Source: Chiloscyllium plagiosum | Lineage: Eukaryota | Assembly (NCBI RefSeq): GCF_004010195.1 | Contig: NC_057718.1 | Location: 99,621,822-99,654,963, forward strand | Length of the DNA: 33,142 bases | Reading direction: 5' to 3' | In this document: piece after piece, positions 11,507 through 23,590 of the stretch | Position numbering within the stretch: the first letter of the stretch is position 1 | Layout of the letters: every line of letters starts with the position of its first letter | The notes under the pieces: model-generated | The model's database searches: none | Told to the model about the DNA's origin: nothing | The model's input: only the letters and a program-made list of their open reading frames with translations | Program-made: the position numbers and the translations under genes

Positions 11507-11783
11507 GAGAAAGTGAGAACTGCAGATGCTGGAGATCAGGGTCGAGAGTGTGGTGCTGGAAAAGCACAGCAGGTCAGGCAACATCCGAGGAGCAGGAGAG
11601 TTTAGGTTTCAGGCATAACCCCATCACCAGGAGGCTGAGGAGCTTCAAGGCAGAGGGGAGGATGTAGGGGGGGGTACAGTGAGAGAAGGACTGATGAAGG
11701 GCTTATGCCCGAAACGTCAACTCTCCTGCTCCTCGGATGCTGCCTGATCTGCTGTTCTTTTCCAGCACCACACTCTCAACTCC
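11507..11783. mobile_element. PLE family-1 inverted pair (minus arm 11507-~11690, plus arm 11691-11783)
   Basis: The arms are reverse complements over about 90 bp. A perfect 12-bp TSD atgtctgtccag sits at 11495-11506 and 11784-11795. Confidence 0.9.
11691..11718 (+). ncRNA. Minimal type-I hammerhead ribozyme core (PLE-associated)
   Basis: CUGAUGA-A-GGGC-uuau-GCCC-GAAA-CG-UC: intact core, 4-bp stem II, palindromic ACGU stem III and a GUC cleavage triplet. Stem I is poorly formed because its 5' side is the inversion junction. Confidence 0.65.
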
Positions 11784-11921
11784 ATGTCTGTCCAGCCACA
11801 CAACAATGGTGTTGATTGCTAGCTGGCCTCGTGACAGGCAATAAATGCTGCCCCCCTCCCAATGATGCTCCACACCTGCCCCTACCAATGGATCAGAAAC
11901 ATGGAATCAGGTCAATTGGAT

Positions 11922-11980
11922 CCTTCAGCATCTTTGAAGATACAGACGGGGTTAATGTTTCAGGTCAATGGTCTTCAGCA
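11922..11980 (-). mobile_element. Decayed PLE family-2-like fragment
   Basis: The reverse complement reads ctgctgaagaccattgacctGAAACattaaccccgtctg...agatgctg, resembling 3634-3700. Confidence 0.5.
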
Positions 11981-11999
11981 GTGCCCCAGTGAAACCTTA

Positions 12000-12265
12000 C
12001 AGTCTCTTGCTCCTTGAACTAAACTCACACAGCTGGGAAACTGGCCCCACTGACCATGTTCCCAAACTAAACTGGTTGCACTTGCCATATCCCCCCCAAT
12101 CCTTTCTATTGTAAGTGTGCATGCACTGACCACTTCCTCTGAATGTTCATTCCACACGCGAACCACTCTCTGTGTAAAAAAGATGACCCTCATGTCCTTT
12201 CTAAAGTTTTCTTCTCTCACCCTAAAATATGTCCCCTTGTTTTGAAATCCCCTTGTTATTCACTT
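12000..12265 (-). mobile_element. CR1 3' fragment
   Basis: ORF remnant FRKDMRVIFFTQRVVRVWNEHSEEVV. Confidence 0.8.
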
Positions 12266-12266
12266 T

Positions 12267-13256
12267 CATAGAACCCCGAGTGTACAGGAAGGACCTACTC
12301 AGTCCACACCCCCACCCCTCCAAAGCGCATCCCACCCAAACCCAGACCCACTCCCTTGCAGTAGATAATTAAGAAAGCAAATGGAATGTTGGTTTTTATA
12401 GCTAAAAGAATAGAATAGAAAGGTAAGGAAGTATTGTTGTAACTGTACAAGGCATTGGTGAGACTGTACCTGGAGTAATGTGCACAGTTTTGGTCCCCTT
12501 ATTTGAAAAAAGATGTAGTGGCATTGGACGGAGTTCAGAGGAGGTTCACTAGATTAATCCCAGAGATGTAGGGTTTGTCTTGTGAAGTGAGATTGAACAG
12601 TTCAGGCCTGTGCTCTCTGGAATTTAGAAGAATAAGAGGAGATCAAATTGAGGTATTCAAGATGATAAAAGGTGTGGATAAAATTAATGAGGAACAGATG
12701 CTTCCCCTTTTGCGGCATTTTGGGACGAGATGTCATAGACTTAGGATGAGGGATAGCAACTTTAAAACAGTGTTGAGGAGAAATTACTTCTGCCAAAAGG
12801 GTTGTGAATCTGTGGCATTCTCTACCCCAAAGTGTGATGGATGCTGGGACAGTGAGCAAATTTAAGGAAGAGTTAGAGAGATTTTTAATTGGTGATGGGT
12901 TGAAGGGATATGGAGAGAAGGCAGTAAAATGGGGGTGGGGTATATCAGCCATGAGAAATGGTGGAGAAAACTCAATGGGCTGAATGGCCGAATTCTGCTC
13001 CTTTACATCTTATGAAATTTTATCCCAAACACCTGCATTTCCCATGACTAATCCACCTCATCTGCACACCCCTGGACACTATGGGCAATGTCCCATGGCC
13101 AATCCACCCTAACATCGTTGGACTGTGGGAGGAAACCCACGCAGACACAGGGATGTTGTGCAAACACCTCGCAAATAGTCACCTGAGTCTGGAATTGAAC
13201 CCAGGTCCCTTGTATTGTGAGGCAGCAGTGCTAACCACTCAGCCACCGTGCCACCC
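12267..13256 (-). mobile_element. HE1 SINE interrupted by CR1 (pieces 12267-12357 and ~13020-13256)
   Basis: The tail piece and the head/V-domain piece are colinear around the LINE. Confidence 0.75.
12358..13016 (+). mobile_element. CR1 LINE 3' fragment
   Basis: KKANGMLVFIAKRIE*KGKEVLL*LYKALVRLYLE*CAQFWSPYLKKDVVALDGVQRRFTRL with in-frame stops, plus a 3' UTR. Confidence 0.9.
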
Positions 13257-14020
13257 TCTCAGTAATCCTAACCAATTGCTGCATAAATGTCCTTCCTTGT
13301 ACTGCCATTGCTTTTTGTTTTTGCTAATGACTTTAAATTGAGATCCTCATATTCTCAATCCTTCTAGCAATGTAAGCAGCTTCTCCCTATCTGCTTTATT
13401 GTGATCTCTATTGACCCCTCTCGCAACCTTCCCTTCTCCGAACTTTTCCACTCTATCCATGTGCCCAAAGTTCCTCATCCCCGGAATCAATCACATGCAT
13501 CTTCTCTGCCCTCTCGCTAATGTTCTCACCCCCTTTACAAGTTGGACTTTAAACCTGTCTTTTAAGATGTTGCAGGTTGACATTAGGGACCCTAAATATA
13601 CCGTCAGGGATGCGTTTTAAAGGGTGAGGTCATTGGCTAACAGAGTCCCAGAGAGATCCCACGTGCTACAAAAACTTTATTTATAGACTCCCCAGCAGCC
13701 AACTCAGACACAGCAACACAATTATATCACATTGCTTTTCCTTTTTAATTCACTGATTGAGGGATGAGTATCAGCCAACGATAACACTTCTTCAAAATAA
13801 ATGGCCGTGGGATCTTTGTCACCAAGAGGAAAATTGGCACCTCAGTCTGAATCTTAATCGATTTTGGCTTTAGATGTTGGAGGAGAGTTGCAGGACATTG
13901 ACTATAATTTATTCCGACAGACTGGTCTTCATCGATGGCAGAAAGGATTTGAAAGGTTGAATGAACTACTCACTCACCTAACAACCATATTTGTATCTTA
14001 TATTAAGGATAGCAATGCAG

Positions 14021-14130
14021 TGATGAAGGGCTTTTCCTGCTCCTCAGATGCTGCCTGACCTGCTGTGCTTTTTCAGCACTGCACTAATCTTGACTCTAAT
14101 CTCCAGCATCTGCAGTACCCACTTCTACCT
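14021..14130 (+). mobile_element. PLE family-1 short repeat, hammerhead 3' half deleted
   Basis: tgatgaagggctttt|cctgctcctcagatgctgcctgacctgctgtgc...ctccagcatctgcagtacccactt. Confidence 0.8.
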
Positions 14131-14584
14131 AGTACTATCCCACTACTGCTCTGCACTCTCAGACTTAACTCATGTGTTCAGGCTCCTTGTGAGGCTCGAC
14201 CCTACAACCCTGGGACTGAGAGTCAAAGTGAAGCCTTGGCCTCACCAGTGTTGCCCGTGGATGCCCTGTTTATACAGCAGCCCGGGGGTAATCGGTGGGG
14301 TACTGACCCAACTCAGTCTTACCAGTGGTTTCCAAGTTGGGTGATGGCTCTAGTTTGCTCTCAAGATGATCAAAATGTGACCCCAATGGCATGATTGCAC
14401 TACAGGCTTTACTTGGTGGAGGAACAGTGGTGTTGTGGGAATGGTATTGAGCTAGTAATCCCGAGATCCAAGATAAAGCCCGAAGGGAAAAGGTTCAACT
14501 CGCACCACTGCAACTGGAGGGAGTTAAGTTCAATGATAAACCTGGAACAGAAAACCAGTCTTGGTCATGGAAACATAGAGATGT

Positions 14585-14765
14585 ACAGGACAGCCCAGTG
14601 GCTCAATGGTTAGCATTGCTGCCTCGTAACACCATCTGATTCCTGCCTCGGGTGACACTCTGTGTGGAGTTTGCACATTCTCACAGTGCCTGCATGGGTT
14701 TCTTCTGGGTGCTCCAGTTTCCTCCTACAGTCCAAAGATGTGCAGGTTAGGGTAGATTGGCCAGC
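14585..14765 (+). mobile_element. HE1 SINE, truncated
   Basis: gtggctcaatggttagc...tgtggagtttgcacattctc...cagtccaaagatgtgcagg. Confidence 0.85.
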
Positions 14766-15201
14766 CAGCTCAGAGCCAGTCCCTGGAACAGAGGAAATTC
14801 TAAATCCTCTGCTTATAGCTATTTTCCTGAACCCATCTGTTCAGTAATGTTATTACAAACCTCTGGAGTAAGTGGGGTTTCAATTGCAGACTCTTTGCTC
14901 GAATGCCTGGACATTACCACTGCACCATGGCTTGATGTTCTTTGTATCTATTGACAGGATGGGTGGGATGTTATAGCCCATCCCTAATTGGTGGGTTAAG
15001 AAGTGGGAATTGAACCCAGAACACTAAACCGGGATTTGTGGATTACGAGCCCAATGCCAATGTCACTGTGCCACACCCTCCCCAGTTCCCCTCATTATAT
15101 TGGTCAGCCTGATTGGTCCAGGTTGGTAACCCCAATAAAGGATCTCACAGTCAACGAGATGCACCAGGTTCCAATCACTACGGATCCCTAACAAAGACAG
15201 A

Positions 15202-15875
15202 ACATTTCTGTGATGCTGTGGAGTCCGTGGACCACGTGTATATTGGGTGTGGGCGTTTGCACTCCCTTTTTCATTTTCTCAAAGCCTCCTCCTCTGCTTT
15301 TGGTTGCACTTCAATCCCACGCTCCTGATCTTCGGGCACCCGGTACGGAGGGGGGAGGGCAGGTCTGAAGACCTCCTCGTGGGTCTGCTCCTGGGCCTGG
15401 CCAAACTGGCCATTAACAGGTCCAGGCAACGGGCCGTGGAGGGGGTCGTTAGGGCCGACTGCCTGCCCCTCTTCCGCGGTTACGTTAGAGCCCGGGTGTC
15501 TCTGGAAAAGAAGCACACGGTGTCCACCAACACCCTGGAGCTGTTCAGGGAGAAGTGGGCGCCGCAGGGAGTGGAGTGCATTATTTCCCCCTCCAACTCT
15601 ATTTTGATTTAACCCCTGCCCTCCCCTTCACTGTTTGATCACACAGCATTGCCCTTTGATGTGAAGGGCACGGCTTGTCACTGGCCACTCGGGTGTTTCC
15701 TATCTTCCAGGTGGTGGAAACCGAATAAAGATTCGTACACCTTGTGTCTTTCATTGTCTCTCACACCTGCACACACACAACATGGGGGCTGGGGAAAAAA
15801 TAAGCACTACCGCGGTTAGGCGGTAGTGTGGGGGTAAAATTTAAAACGAAAGGAAAAAAAAGAGAAAGAAAAGAA
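15202..15875 (+). mobile_element. Tx1-clade L1 non-LTR retrotransposon, 5'-truncated
   Basis: Zinc-knuckle remnant FCDAVESVDHVYIGC, one frameshift, then LLLGLAKLAINRSR...FREKWA to a stop at 15612. This is followed by a 3' UTR, AATAAA at 15724, an A-rich tail, and a perfect 12-bp TSD aacaaagacaga at 15190-15201 and 15876-15887. Confidence 0.85.
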
Positions 15876-16074
15876 AACAAAGACAGATCATACTGACTCA
15901 GTGCTGGCTGGTGCTACAGTCAGTGTGTTCCTGGTGGTACCGGAGAGGAGGGTTTCATTGCCTTTCCCCCCCCCCTTGTTTAGGGAAGGAAAAAAAAACC
16001 CAAAATTTTTTTTAAAAAAGACAGACCATCAAAGCAATACAAACACCCATGGCTGCTCTTTGATATCCTGTTAA

Positions 16075-16428
16075 GGTGATGGCCTAGTGGTATTATCACT
16101 GCACTGTTAATCCAGAGACCAAGATAATAATCTGGGGATCCAGGGTCGTAATCCTGTCACGGTAGGTCGTAGAATTAGAATTCAATAAAAGTCTGGAAGT
16201 AAGAGTCTAATGAGGACCATGAATCCATTGTTGATTGTTGGGGAGAAACCCATCTGGTTCACTAACGCCCTTCAGGGAAGGAAATCTGCCATCCTTGCCT
16301 GGTCTGGCCTTCATGTGACTCCAGACCGACAGCAATGTGATTGACTCTTAACTGCCCTCTGGGCAATTAGGGATGGGCAATAAATGCTGCCTAGCCAGCG
16401 ACACCCTCATCCCATGAATGAATAAAGA
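16075..16428 (+). mobile_element. tRNA-headed SINE family B, full length
   Basis: A box tggcctagtggtatt, core catctggttcactaac...gggaaggaaatctgccatcc, and tail gggcaattagggatgggcaataaatgctg. At least six homologues occur in the window. Confidence 0.85.
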
Positions 16429-16989
16429 ATCCAGGCTGCTACCCCAAGACCCAGCTCACTGTTAGATACTACTGGAGTGGCACCAATTCTCTAGGAGTTT
16501 CGTTTCTCTGTGAAAATGCAGATGAAAATAAACCTCGGTGCATCTGAATAGCAGCCCACTTATCCCCATGGCCAGAAGCTACACAACGAGCTAAATTGCT
16601 TTCTTTGCCCTTCAATGTCCTTAACATCTGCGATTGTAATCCACAACAAAGACGTGAATAATGATTGGCATTTTCAACGGCAACTTCACGTCAAAGGCAT
16701 GAGAGACCGTCGCTTTGGTTGGGTTGAGCTGTTTGCTCCTAAATCCTTCCAAGGCGTTACTCTGTGCAGCTCACTTGGGTGAATAGCTGCCTCACACTGT
16801 TCAGCTGTGAGAGCTGGAGCCTGGAGCAGGGTGGGTGTGCACTGTTCTGCCCACAGGCTGGTAACTCTGCGACAGACCCCAACAATCGAAACACTCCATT
16901 TGTTCTAGACTGTAGAACAGCCCAGGAACAGGCCTCACCAAAGTACCAACTGATCCAACCGTTGTGGGTAGCGTGCCTTTAAACCCCAG

Positions 16990-17235
16990 TAGAATCCCTA
17001 CAGGGCAGATAGAGGCTGTTTGGCCCATCAAGTCAGCACAAACCTCCCCCCCCCCCCACCACCACCAAGAGCATCCCCCCCACCTCATAATCCCACGTTT
17101 AACTGTGGCTAAATGCAGAAACCCACGCAGACACGGGAGAGAAGTTGCAAACTCCCCGTAGACAGTCACCTGAGGTTGGAATCAAATCCGGGTCTCTGGC
17201 ACTGTGAGGCAGCAGTGCTAACTACTGAGCCACCA
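16990..17235 (-). mobile_element. HE1 SINE, internally deleted
   Basis: gaaacccacgcagacacgggaga...tgtgaggcagcagtgctaactactgagccacc. Confidence 0.85.
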
Positions 17236-17849
17236 ACCTTTTCTTATGATTGGCTCTTAATTTCAGTGAGATCCTCACTCTTTCTTCTAAACCTCCAATG
17301 GGAGTGGGGGGGGGGGGCGGCGGGCCCAAATGGCTGAACCATTCCTCAGAAAACAAACTCCTTCCTCCTATGAATTAGTCTCAGATGGTACATTAGAGAA
17401 ACATTTTGAAATGGGTGCGTGTTTGTGTGTCAACGTGAGCACCGTTTGGTTTCAAGTGTGTTATGGTACTGCAATTAGCCAAATATGAAACAGCTTATTT
17501 GAAAATGTACTGTAGGGGCCCGCTATCACTGGTAGCATTACTTCCCTGCACTATTGAGACCCTTTATGAGAGAGTGGAATAGGTGAATGAAGATAGAATC
17601 TAAAAAAATGTCAAATATTGGTTCCATTGAGGTGGCCCATCTGAGCTGTGAATTGTGGGATTCCTGTTCTTATATGATTGATGACAGTTTGACGTTATGA
17701 CTGTATTATTGTCAGTACATAGCAGTACTTATGTTCTTGAGGAACAATCTTTTGAATTCCATTGGTCTATGTCTCCCCACAGATGGAATTTTGGAATCCC
17801 ATTGCATCCGCCAGGATGATTGAAGTGAATGTGACAATAACGTCTCTGA

Positions 17850-18030
17850 TGAAAGTGGCCATAGTCCCAGAGGGCCACAGGGTTTCGCGCTCTCATTACA
17901 GAGGGGTGATGGGGGTCGTTTAACCTCAGGGTCACCACGCATCGGGAAGGAGAAGCCTTTCATGGTAACCCCAGCTAGTGCGGGGAATCGAACCTACTCT
18001 GCATCGCAAACCTGCCGTAGTCGAGCTATA
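17850..18030 (-). mobile_element. tRNA-headed SINE, family C
   Basis: Reverse homologue of 1600-1776, with B box ggaatcgaacc. Confidence 0.65.
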
Positions 18031-18547
18031 GCAGGCAAGGCCCGTAAACCGGCTGTTTCCGATTGTTCTGGCTCCTCTGTTTTCAACAGCAAATTCGACT
18101 GCACCGTGGGTGGCACGTTGGCTCCGTGGTTAGCACTGCGGCCTCATTGCTAGAGTGCAAGAGAAGGTTCAGATTATTACACAGAGAAGAAAGCACAAGG
18201 TCTTTTCGATTGGAGGCAAAAGCAGCAGTTGATGAGTTTATGAGGTGTTGGAGCTGATCCCCAAAGATCTGGGAAGGTGACGAGGTAGCCAGGGCCTAAA
18301 TAGCCATGAGTTAAACTGCCCATTTACGTCAAATGTGAAAGAGAGTTCATCGGCATCTCAACCCGAATATGATGTGTTGGTGGTGGAAAGCTGGGGGTAG
18401 GGGGCGAATGATTGTTTCCCAATTTCTGGAACTACACGTCTTTTGCCTGGAGGAGAAGGCACTTTTGCAGACATTTGGAATGCGTTGGGCCTAGTGAGCT
18501 GCTCAGTCCAAGGGGCAATTAGGGGCGGGCAATAAATACTGAGACCC

Positions 18548-18790
18548 TGTGTGACTGACTGTGTGGAGTTTGCACGTTCTCCCCGTGTCTGCGTGGGTTT
18601 CCTCCGGGTGCTCCGGTTTCCTCCCACAGTCCAAAGATGTGCAGGTCAGGTAAATTGGCCATGCTAAATTGCCCGTAGTGTTAGGTAAGGGGTAAATGTA
18701 GGGGTATGGGTGGGTTGCGCTTCGGCTGGTCGGTGTGGACTTGTTGGGCTGAATGACCTGTTTCCACAGTGTAATCTAATCTAATCTAAA
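18548..18790 (+). mobile_element. HE1 SINE lacking its head, low divergence
   Basis: Near-consensus V-domain with CpGs retained and a (taatc)n tail. Confidence 0.95.
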
Positions 18791-18799
18791 TACCTCCCC

Positions 18800-19185
18800 T
18801 GTGTGTGAGGGATTGAACTTTAATGATAACATCTGGATTAAAATATTAATCGCATTAATAAGGATCAAGAAACTACTGACTTCTTGTAAAAACCTATCTG
18901 GGTCACTAACGTCCCTTTAAGGAAGGAAACTGCCATCCTTACCTGGTCTGGCCTTCATGTGACTCCAGACCCACAGCAACATGGTTGACTCTTAACCACT
19001 CACCGAAATGGCCAGGCAAGTGGCTCAGTTCCCTCAAACAGAGGGAAGTGCTGCTGGTGTACCCTACAGCATGGAGACTGTGGGAGTTCAAGAAGGCAGC
19101 TCACCCCCACCATCTCAAAACCCATTAGGGACGGGCAATAAATGCTGGCCCAGCCAGTGACACCCATATCCCATGACCAAATATT
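18800..19185 (+). mobile_element. SINE family B variant with a long LINE-derived tail
   Basis: Family-B core at 18890-19000, then 19060-19175 homologous to the LINE end at 28815-28928. Confidence 0.7.
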
Positions 19186-19354
19186 CAAATGAAGTGTCAG
19201 ACAGTCTCCTGCAAATGGTTCGAATTTAAACTCCATACAGTGCAGAAACAGGCCATTCGGCCCATGTACTGACCCTCCAAAGAACATCCCATCCAGACCT
19301 ATTCCTGTAACTCTACAGAGATAGGGTGGATAGATTTCTCTATAACTTTCCTGA

Positions 19355-20915
19355 TACAGCACGGAAATAGACCCTTCAGTCCAACCAGTCCATGCCGAAC
19401 AAGTTCCCAAACTAAACATGTCCCACCTGCCTGCTCCTGGCCCATATCCCTCCAAACCTTTCCTATTCATGTCCTTATCCAAACGGCCTTTAAACATTGT
19501 AACTGTGCCCACATCCACCACTTCCTCAGGATGTTCATTCCACACATGAACCACCTTTTTTGTAAAAAGGTTGCTCCTCGGGTCCCTTTTAAATCTTTCT
19601 TCTCTCGCCTTAAAAATATACTACCTAGTTTTGAACTCCCCCATCCTATGGGAAAGACGCTTGTCATTCACCTTATCTATACCCCTCATGATTTTGTAAA
19701 CCTCTATAAGGTCACCCTTCAACCTTCCAGTGAAAAATGTTCCAGCCTTCACAGTCTATTTTTATAACTCAAACTCAATTCCTGGCAACATCCTGGTAAA
19801 TCTTTTCTGAGCCCTCTCCAGTTTAATAATATCCTTCCTATAACAAGGGGGCCAGAACTGGACACAGTATTCCAGAAGAGACGTCACCAATGTCCTGTCC
19901 AACCTCCACATGGCATCCCAACTCCTATACTCAAAGGTCTAAGCAATGAAGGTAAGCATAATAAGCACCTTCAGCACACAGAGAGGAGGTGCAGTGGCTA
20001 ACGGACTAGTTCAGAGCCAACAACCTGTCTCTGAACGTGGAGAAACCAAAGAGATGGTTGTTGACTTCAGGAGGGCATGGAGCGATCACTCTCTGCTGGA
20101 CATCGACGGCTCCCCTGTGGAGATTGTGATGACCACCAAATTTCTTTGCGTCCACTGGTGGAGAATCTCACCTGGACCCTCAACACCAGTCCCATAGCCA
20201 AGAAAGTCCAGCAGCATCTCTACATTCTGCGCGGGCTGAGGAAAGCCCACCTCCCACCCCCTCGCCATCCTCACCACGTTCTACAGAGGGTTCATTGAGA
20301 GTACCTTCTGCTGCTGCATCCCTGCCTGATTCAGGAATCACACCGTCTCAGATCGTAAGACCCTACAACAGATAGTGAGGACAGTTGAGAGGATCATCTG
20401 GGTCTCTCTCCCTCCATTACAGACATTTACACCACAAGCTGCATCCGAAAGGCTAAGAGCATTGTGGAAGACCCTACACCCCCCTGACTCAAACTCTTTT
20501 CCCTCCTGCCATCTGGCAGAAGATACCAGAGCATTCAGTCTCTCACAGCCAGACTGTGCAACAGTTTCTTCCCCCAAGCCATCAGGCTCCTTAACGCAGT
20601 ACGATCGGACTCTTTCCCATCTGAAATTCTTTGGTATTGCTGCTAGAAAAATATCTATTATTTATCATTCTTCTATTACACTGTAACTTGTGTGTTTTGC
20701 ACTTTTAATGCACTTTATGCCGTGTACGATTGTATAGTTTGTGCTATTCATGTAGCACCCTCGGGCCTGGAGGAGCGCTGTCTCATTTTTACTGTATCAG
20801 TTGGATATGGTAGAAATGACAAATAGACGCTAATCTACTATCTACTCTACCCTATCCTGTCTGCATGTGATGCAAACATCAAAGAATGATGTACCTGAAC
20901 CTGTCGGTCTCCCCT
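19355..20915 (-). mobile_element. CR1/HER1 LINE fragment (19355-19972 and ~20851-20915) interrupted by Rex1
   Basis: VHVWNEHPEEVVDVGTVTMFKGRLDKDMNRKGLEGYG. CR1 sequence resumes after the Rex1 tail. Confidence 0.85.
19973..20850 (+). mobile_element. Rex1/Babar-clade LINE 3' fragment
   Basis: Frameshifted LNVEKTKEMVVDFRR, LTWTLNT..AKKVQQHLYILRGLRK, ILTTFYRGFIES, FSLLPSGRRYQSI...RLCNSFFPQAIRLLN, with a short tandem tail atctactatctactctac. Confidence 0.9.
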
Positions 20916-21537
20916 TATATTGGAGACCTACTCTGTGATCAATAGTTTCCTTTTTCAACCCCCCTGCAAAACATGAAACAGCAGAGATCAATTATCCCTG
21001 GGACATTTAACCATCTGCCCCAAAAACAATTTCAAAACTCAAATTGCTGAATGTAGGAGAGCAGGGGAGTTTGAAAATCAAGAGAAGTAAAAAAAAATGC
21101 AGTATGTCAGTATGTCAGGCACTGTGGCACATTAATGTCCCTCTGTCTGATTTCAGTGTTCCAACTTTTGGACAGGAATTGCAGCTAACGAAGGGAAATG
21201 CTTGTGTGGTGCGATCTCAGAGCTGGTTTCCCCTTAATTGAATCTGCTCAGATAAGACTCGACAGCACTTATGACATCACCATGTCTACAACATGCCAAG
21301 ACCTCTTTTCCCATGAATGTTGTGTTTTTCATTCAATCCTCCAAACAGACAAAACGAAGGAGTGGATCGGTGAGTGTATATTTCCCACAATAAAATAGCT
21401 TTGAGAAAACACGGCCTCTATTTGTGTGCACGCTAACAAATCCAATGGAAACTAGTCTTGGAGGAAGAATGTGGCTGCTGTCCCTATTAAAAGCAGTGAA
21501 TGTTTGTGAAAGACAAGCAAGGAGCTAGGGGAAAACT

Positions 21538-22146
21538 CTGTGTATATGTGTGTTTGTGTGGGTGGGTGGGTGAGTGTGTGCGCATATGTGTGTGTGTGAT
21601 GTACATGTGTGTGAGTATGGGTGGTGGGTCTGTGTATTCGGGTGGATGGGTCTGTATGCCTGTGTGTGTGTATATGAGTCTGCATGTGTATAAATACACA
21701 TGGTTTTGTGTGTGTGTTTATGTGTATATGATGAGCACATGTTTGTGTATATATGGAGATGTGTGTGCATATATAAGTGGGTGTTTATGTGTCTGGGTGT
21801 GTTCAAGCATCGTTACATAAGTGGGGCCGTGTATGTATGAATGTGTCTGTGTTTGTGCTTACAATATTTAGGTGTGTGCACATATGTTTGTGAATATATG
21901 GTTGCGTATATGTGTATATGGATGGGAGAGCATGTTTGTATATGGGTGTCAGTGCATGTGGGTGCATGCATGTATATATGGGTGTGCGTGTGTGTGTATA
22001 TATGGGTCTGTGTGTGTTTATGTGTGTGTGTACATGTGCATGTGTATGTGGGTGTGTGTATGTGCGTGCATGTGTATCTGTGTCTATGTGTTTGTGTGTG
22101 GAGGGGCGGGGGTCCATGTGCCTGTGTCTGTGTCTGTATGCATTGT
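21538..22146. repeat. Long degenerate (TG)n/(TA) low-complexity tract
   Basis: About 600 bp of mostly alternating purine-pyrimidine sequence. Confidence 0.95.
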
Positions 22147-22159
22147 GCAACAACACACA

Positions 22160-22430
22160 CCGAAAAGGATGGCCAACATTTTGTACTAACGTCCTAAAAG
22201 CATCCCCGAAGAGGTCAGTCATTCTCGTGAGCGATGGGAAAGAGTCCCTCACCTGTAACCGACCAGAACAGCGAAGGCTCATTCAGGAGAGCACCAAACG
22301 CATTGAGTGTGCTGCTCTGGGAACGTGCAAAGGTGCCTGAGGAAGAGCACATTGCCCCCAGAACCTTCAAGTAGCACTCTCTCCATGGGTGCCAATGTTT
22401 GCACATCAAACATGGGACTTACCACCCAGC
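22160..22430 (+). mobile_element. Ancient RTE-clade LINE 3' fragment
   Basis: NVLKASPKRSVI...ESLTCNRPEQRRLIQESTKRIE resembles the RTE C-terminus (D.LKaSLK...WE.LA.DR..WR..I.EG). MGANVCTSNMGLTTQ resembles a decayed C2H2 finger (C.rvC.SrIGL.SH). Confidence 0.65.
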
Positions 22431-22689
22431 CAGCCTTGAATATGGGACTGCAGCCTATTGATCCATTCACTGCTCCAGCCCACACTTCTTTATCTTATCA
22501 ATAAGAATGCCCTCGATATCAAAAGCACAGTTATGAGCTGGTCAGCATGTTGACAACAGAATAACTACAGAGGCAGGTGAAGACAGTGAGGGAATAAATG
22601 ATTTGCAGAAGAATTATTTCAGGTCAGCCTTGAAGTTGGGAAAAGGCATGGGAAATCAAGATGAAAATTAAGTTTGGAAAACAGCACCC

Positions 22690-23000
22690 TTTATTATTAT
22701 TCATTCACGAGATGTAGATGTGATTGACAAAATCAACGTTTAATGTTCCACTACTCATCACCCTGCGTGGTAAGTTGCCTCCTTGATTTAGTTATTATTA
22801 CACTGAGGGTGGTGTTATTGCCATTTGTTATCCTAACTACCCAGAGGGCAGTTCAGGGTCAACCGCAAGGCTGTAGGTCTGGAGTAACAAGTAGGCCAGA
22901 CCAGGTAAGGATGGCAGATTTCCTTCCCTAAAGGTCATTTATTTTTGACAATAAGTGATGTTTTCTTTAACCTGCTTAATGAACAGGATGTTCTCAGCTG
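22690..23000 (-). mobile_element. SINE family B, decayed
   Basis: gtaggccagaccaggtaaggatggcagatttccttccctaaagg. Confidence 0.75.
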
Positions 23001-23590
23001 AGTTTAAACTCCACCAGCCTCAGGATTACAAACCCAGTGATGTTCCTATGACATCTTACTCTCTTGAACAGATCCCTCAGTACATCACTGTGACTGGGTG
23101 TCACATATGGGCTAGAGTCAGCACATTTACTTCCCCACAGACATCAATGAGCCAAACATATTTTTAAGACATTTCCTAATTAATCTGTGCAGCAAATGTC
23201 ACCGCACATACCTCTGGAGGATTGGGATTTGAACCCAGGCTGTCTAGGTCCAGAGGTAAGGACATTACCATTATGCCACAACAGATGTACAACACTCAGT
23301 AGTTTCATAGATGCCACTGCTGAGATTAGCATTTTATTTCTGATTAACGGTGTTCATTAGATTTAAATGTCCCAGGTGGGATTCGAACTCACGTTCTAAG
23401 ATTGTTTGTCCAGCCCTCTGGGTTAGCAGCCCAGTAGTGGCTCACTAAACCCCTACCCACAAAAAGCAGAGATTCACACAGACCAAACTGAATCAGCCCA
23501 GGGAGGCTGTGGAAGGGAATCTGTGAGACACATCAGGCTGTGATGTTAACACAAGAATGCCAGAACATGCTAAAGGCTAAGGGGCTGGAT

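Larger units (their letters stand above)
11215..11860 (+). mobile_element. Old SINE family B, interrupted by a PLE inverted pair
   Basis: gtcagtaatgtcctttagggagggaaatctgtcatccttacc precedes the insert, and ggcaataaatgctg follows it. Confidence 0.65.

Noticed and set aside
17783..17923. Acceptor followed by ATG frame MEFWNPIAS...
   Set aside because: It runs into a SINE and has no donor or homology.
21452..22340. Multiple overlapping Cys/His-rich ORFs
   Set aside because: Artefacts of the TG low-complexity tract; only the RTE remnant at the end is meaningful.
23225..23450. tRNA-like A/B-box sequences (also ~15000-15075 and 27305-27365)
   Set aside because: Decayed SINE heads with no closable cloverleaf.
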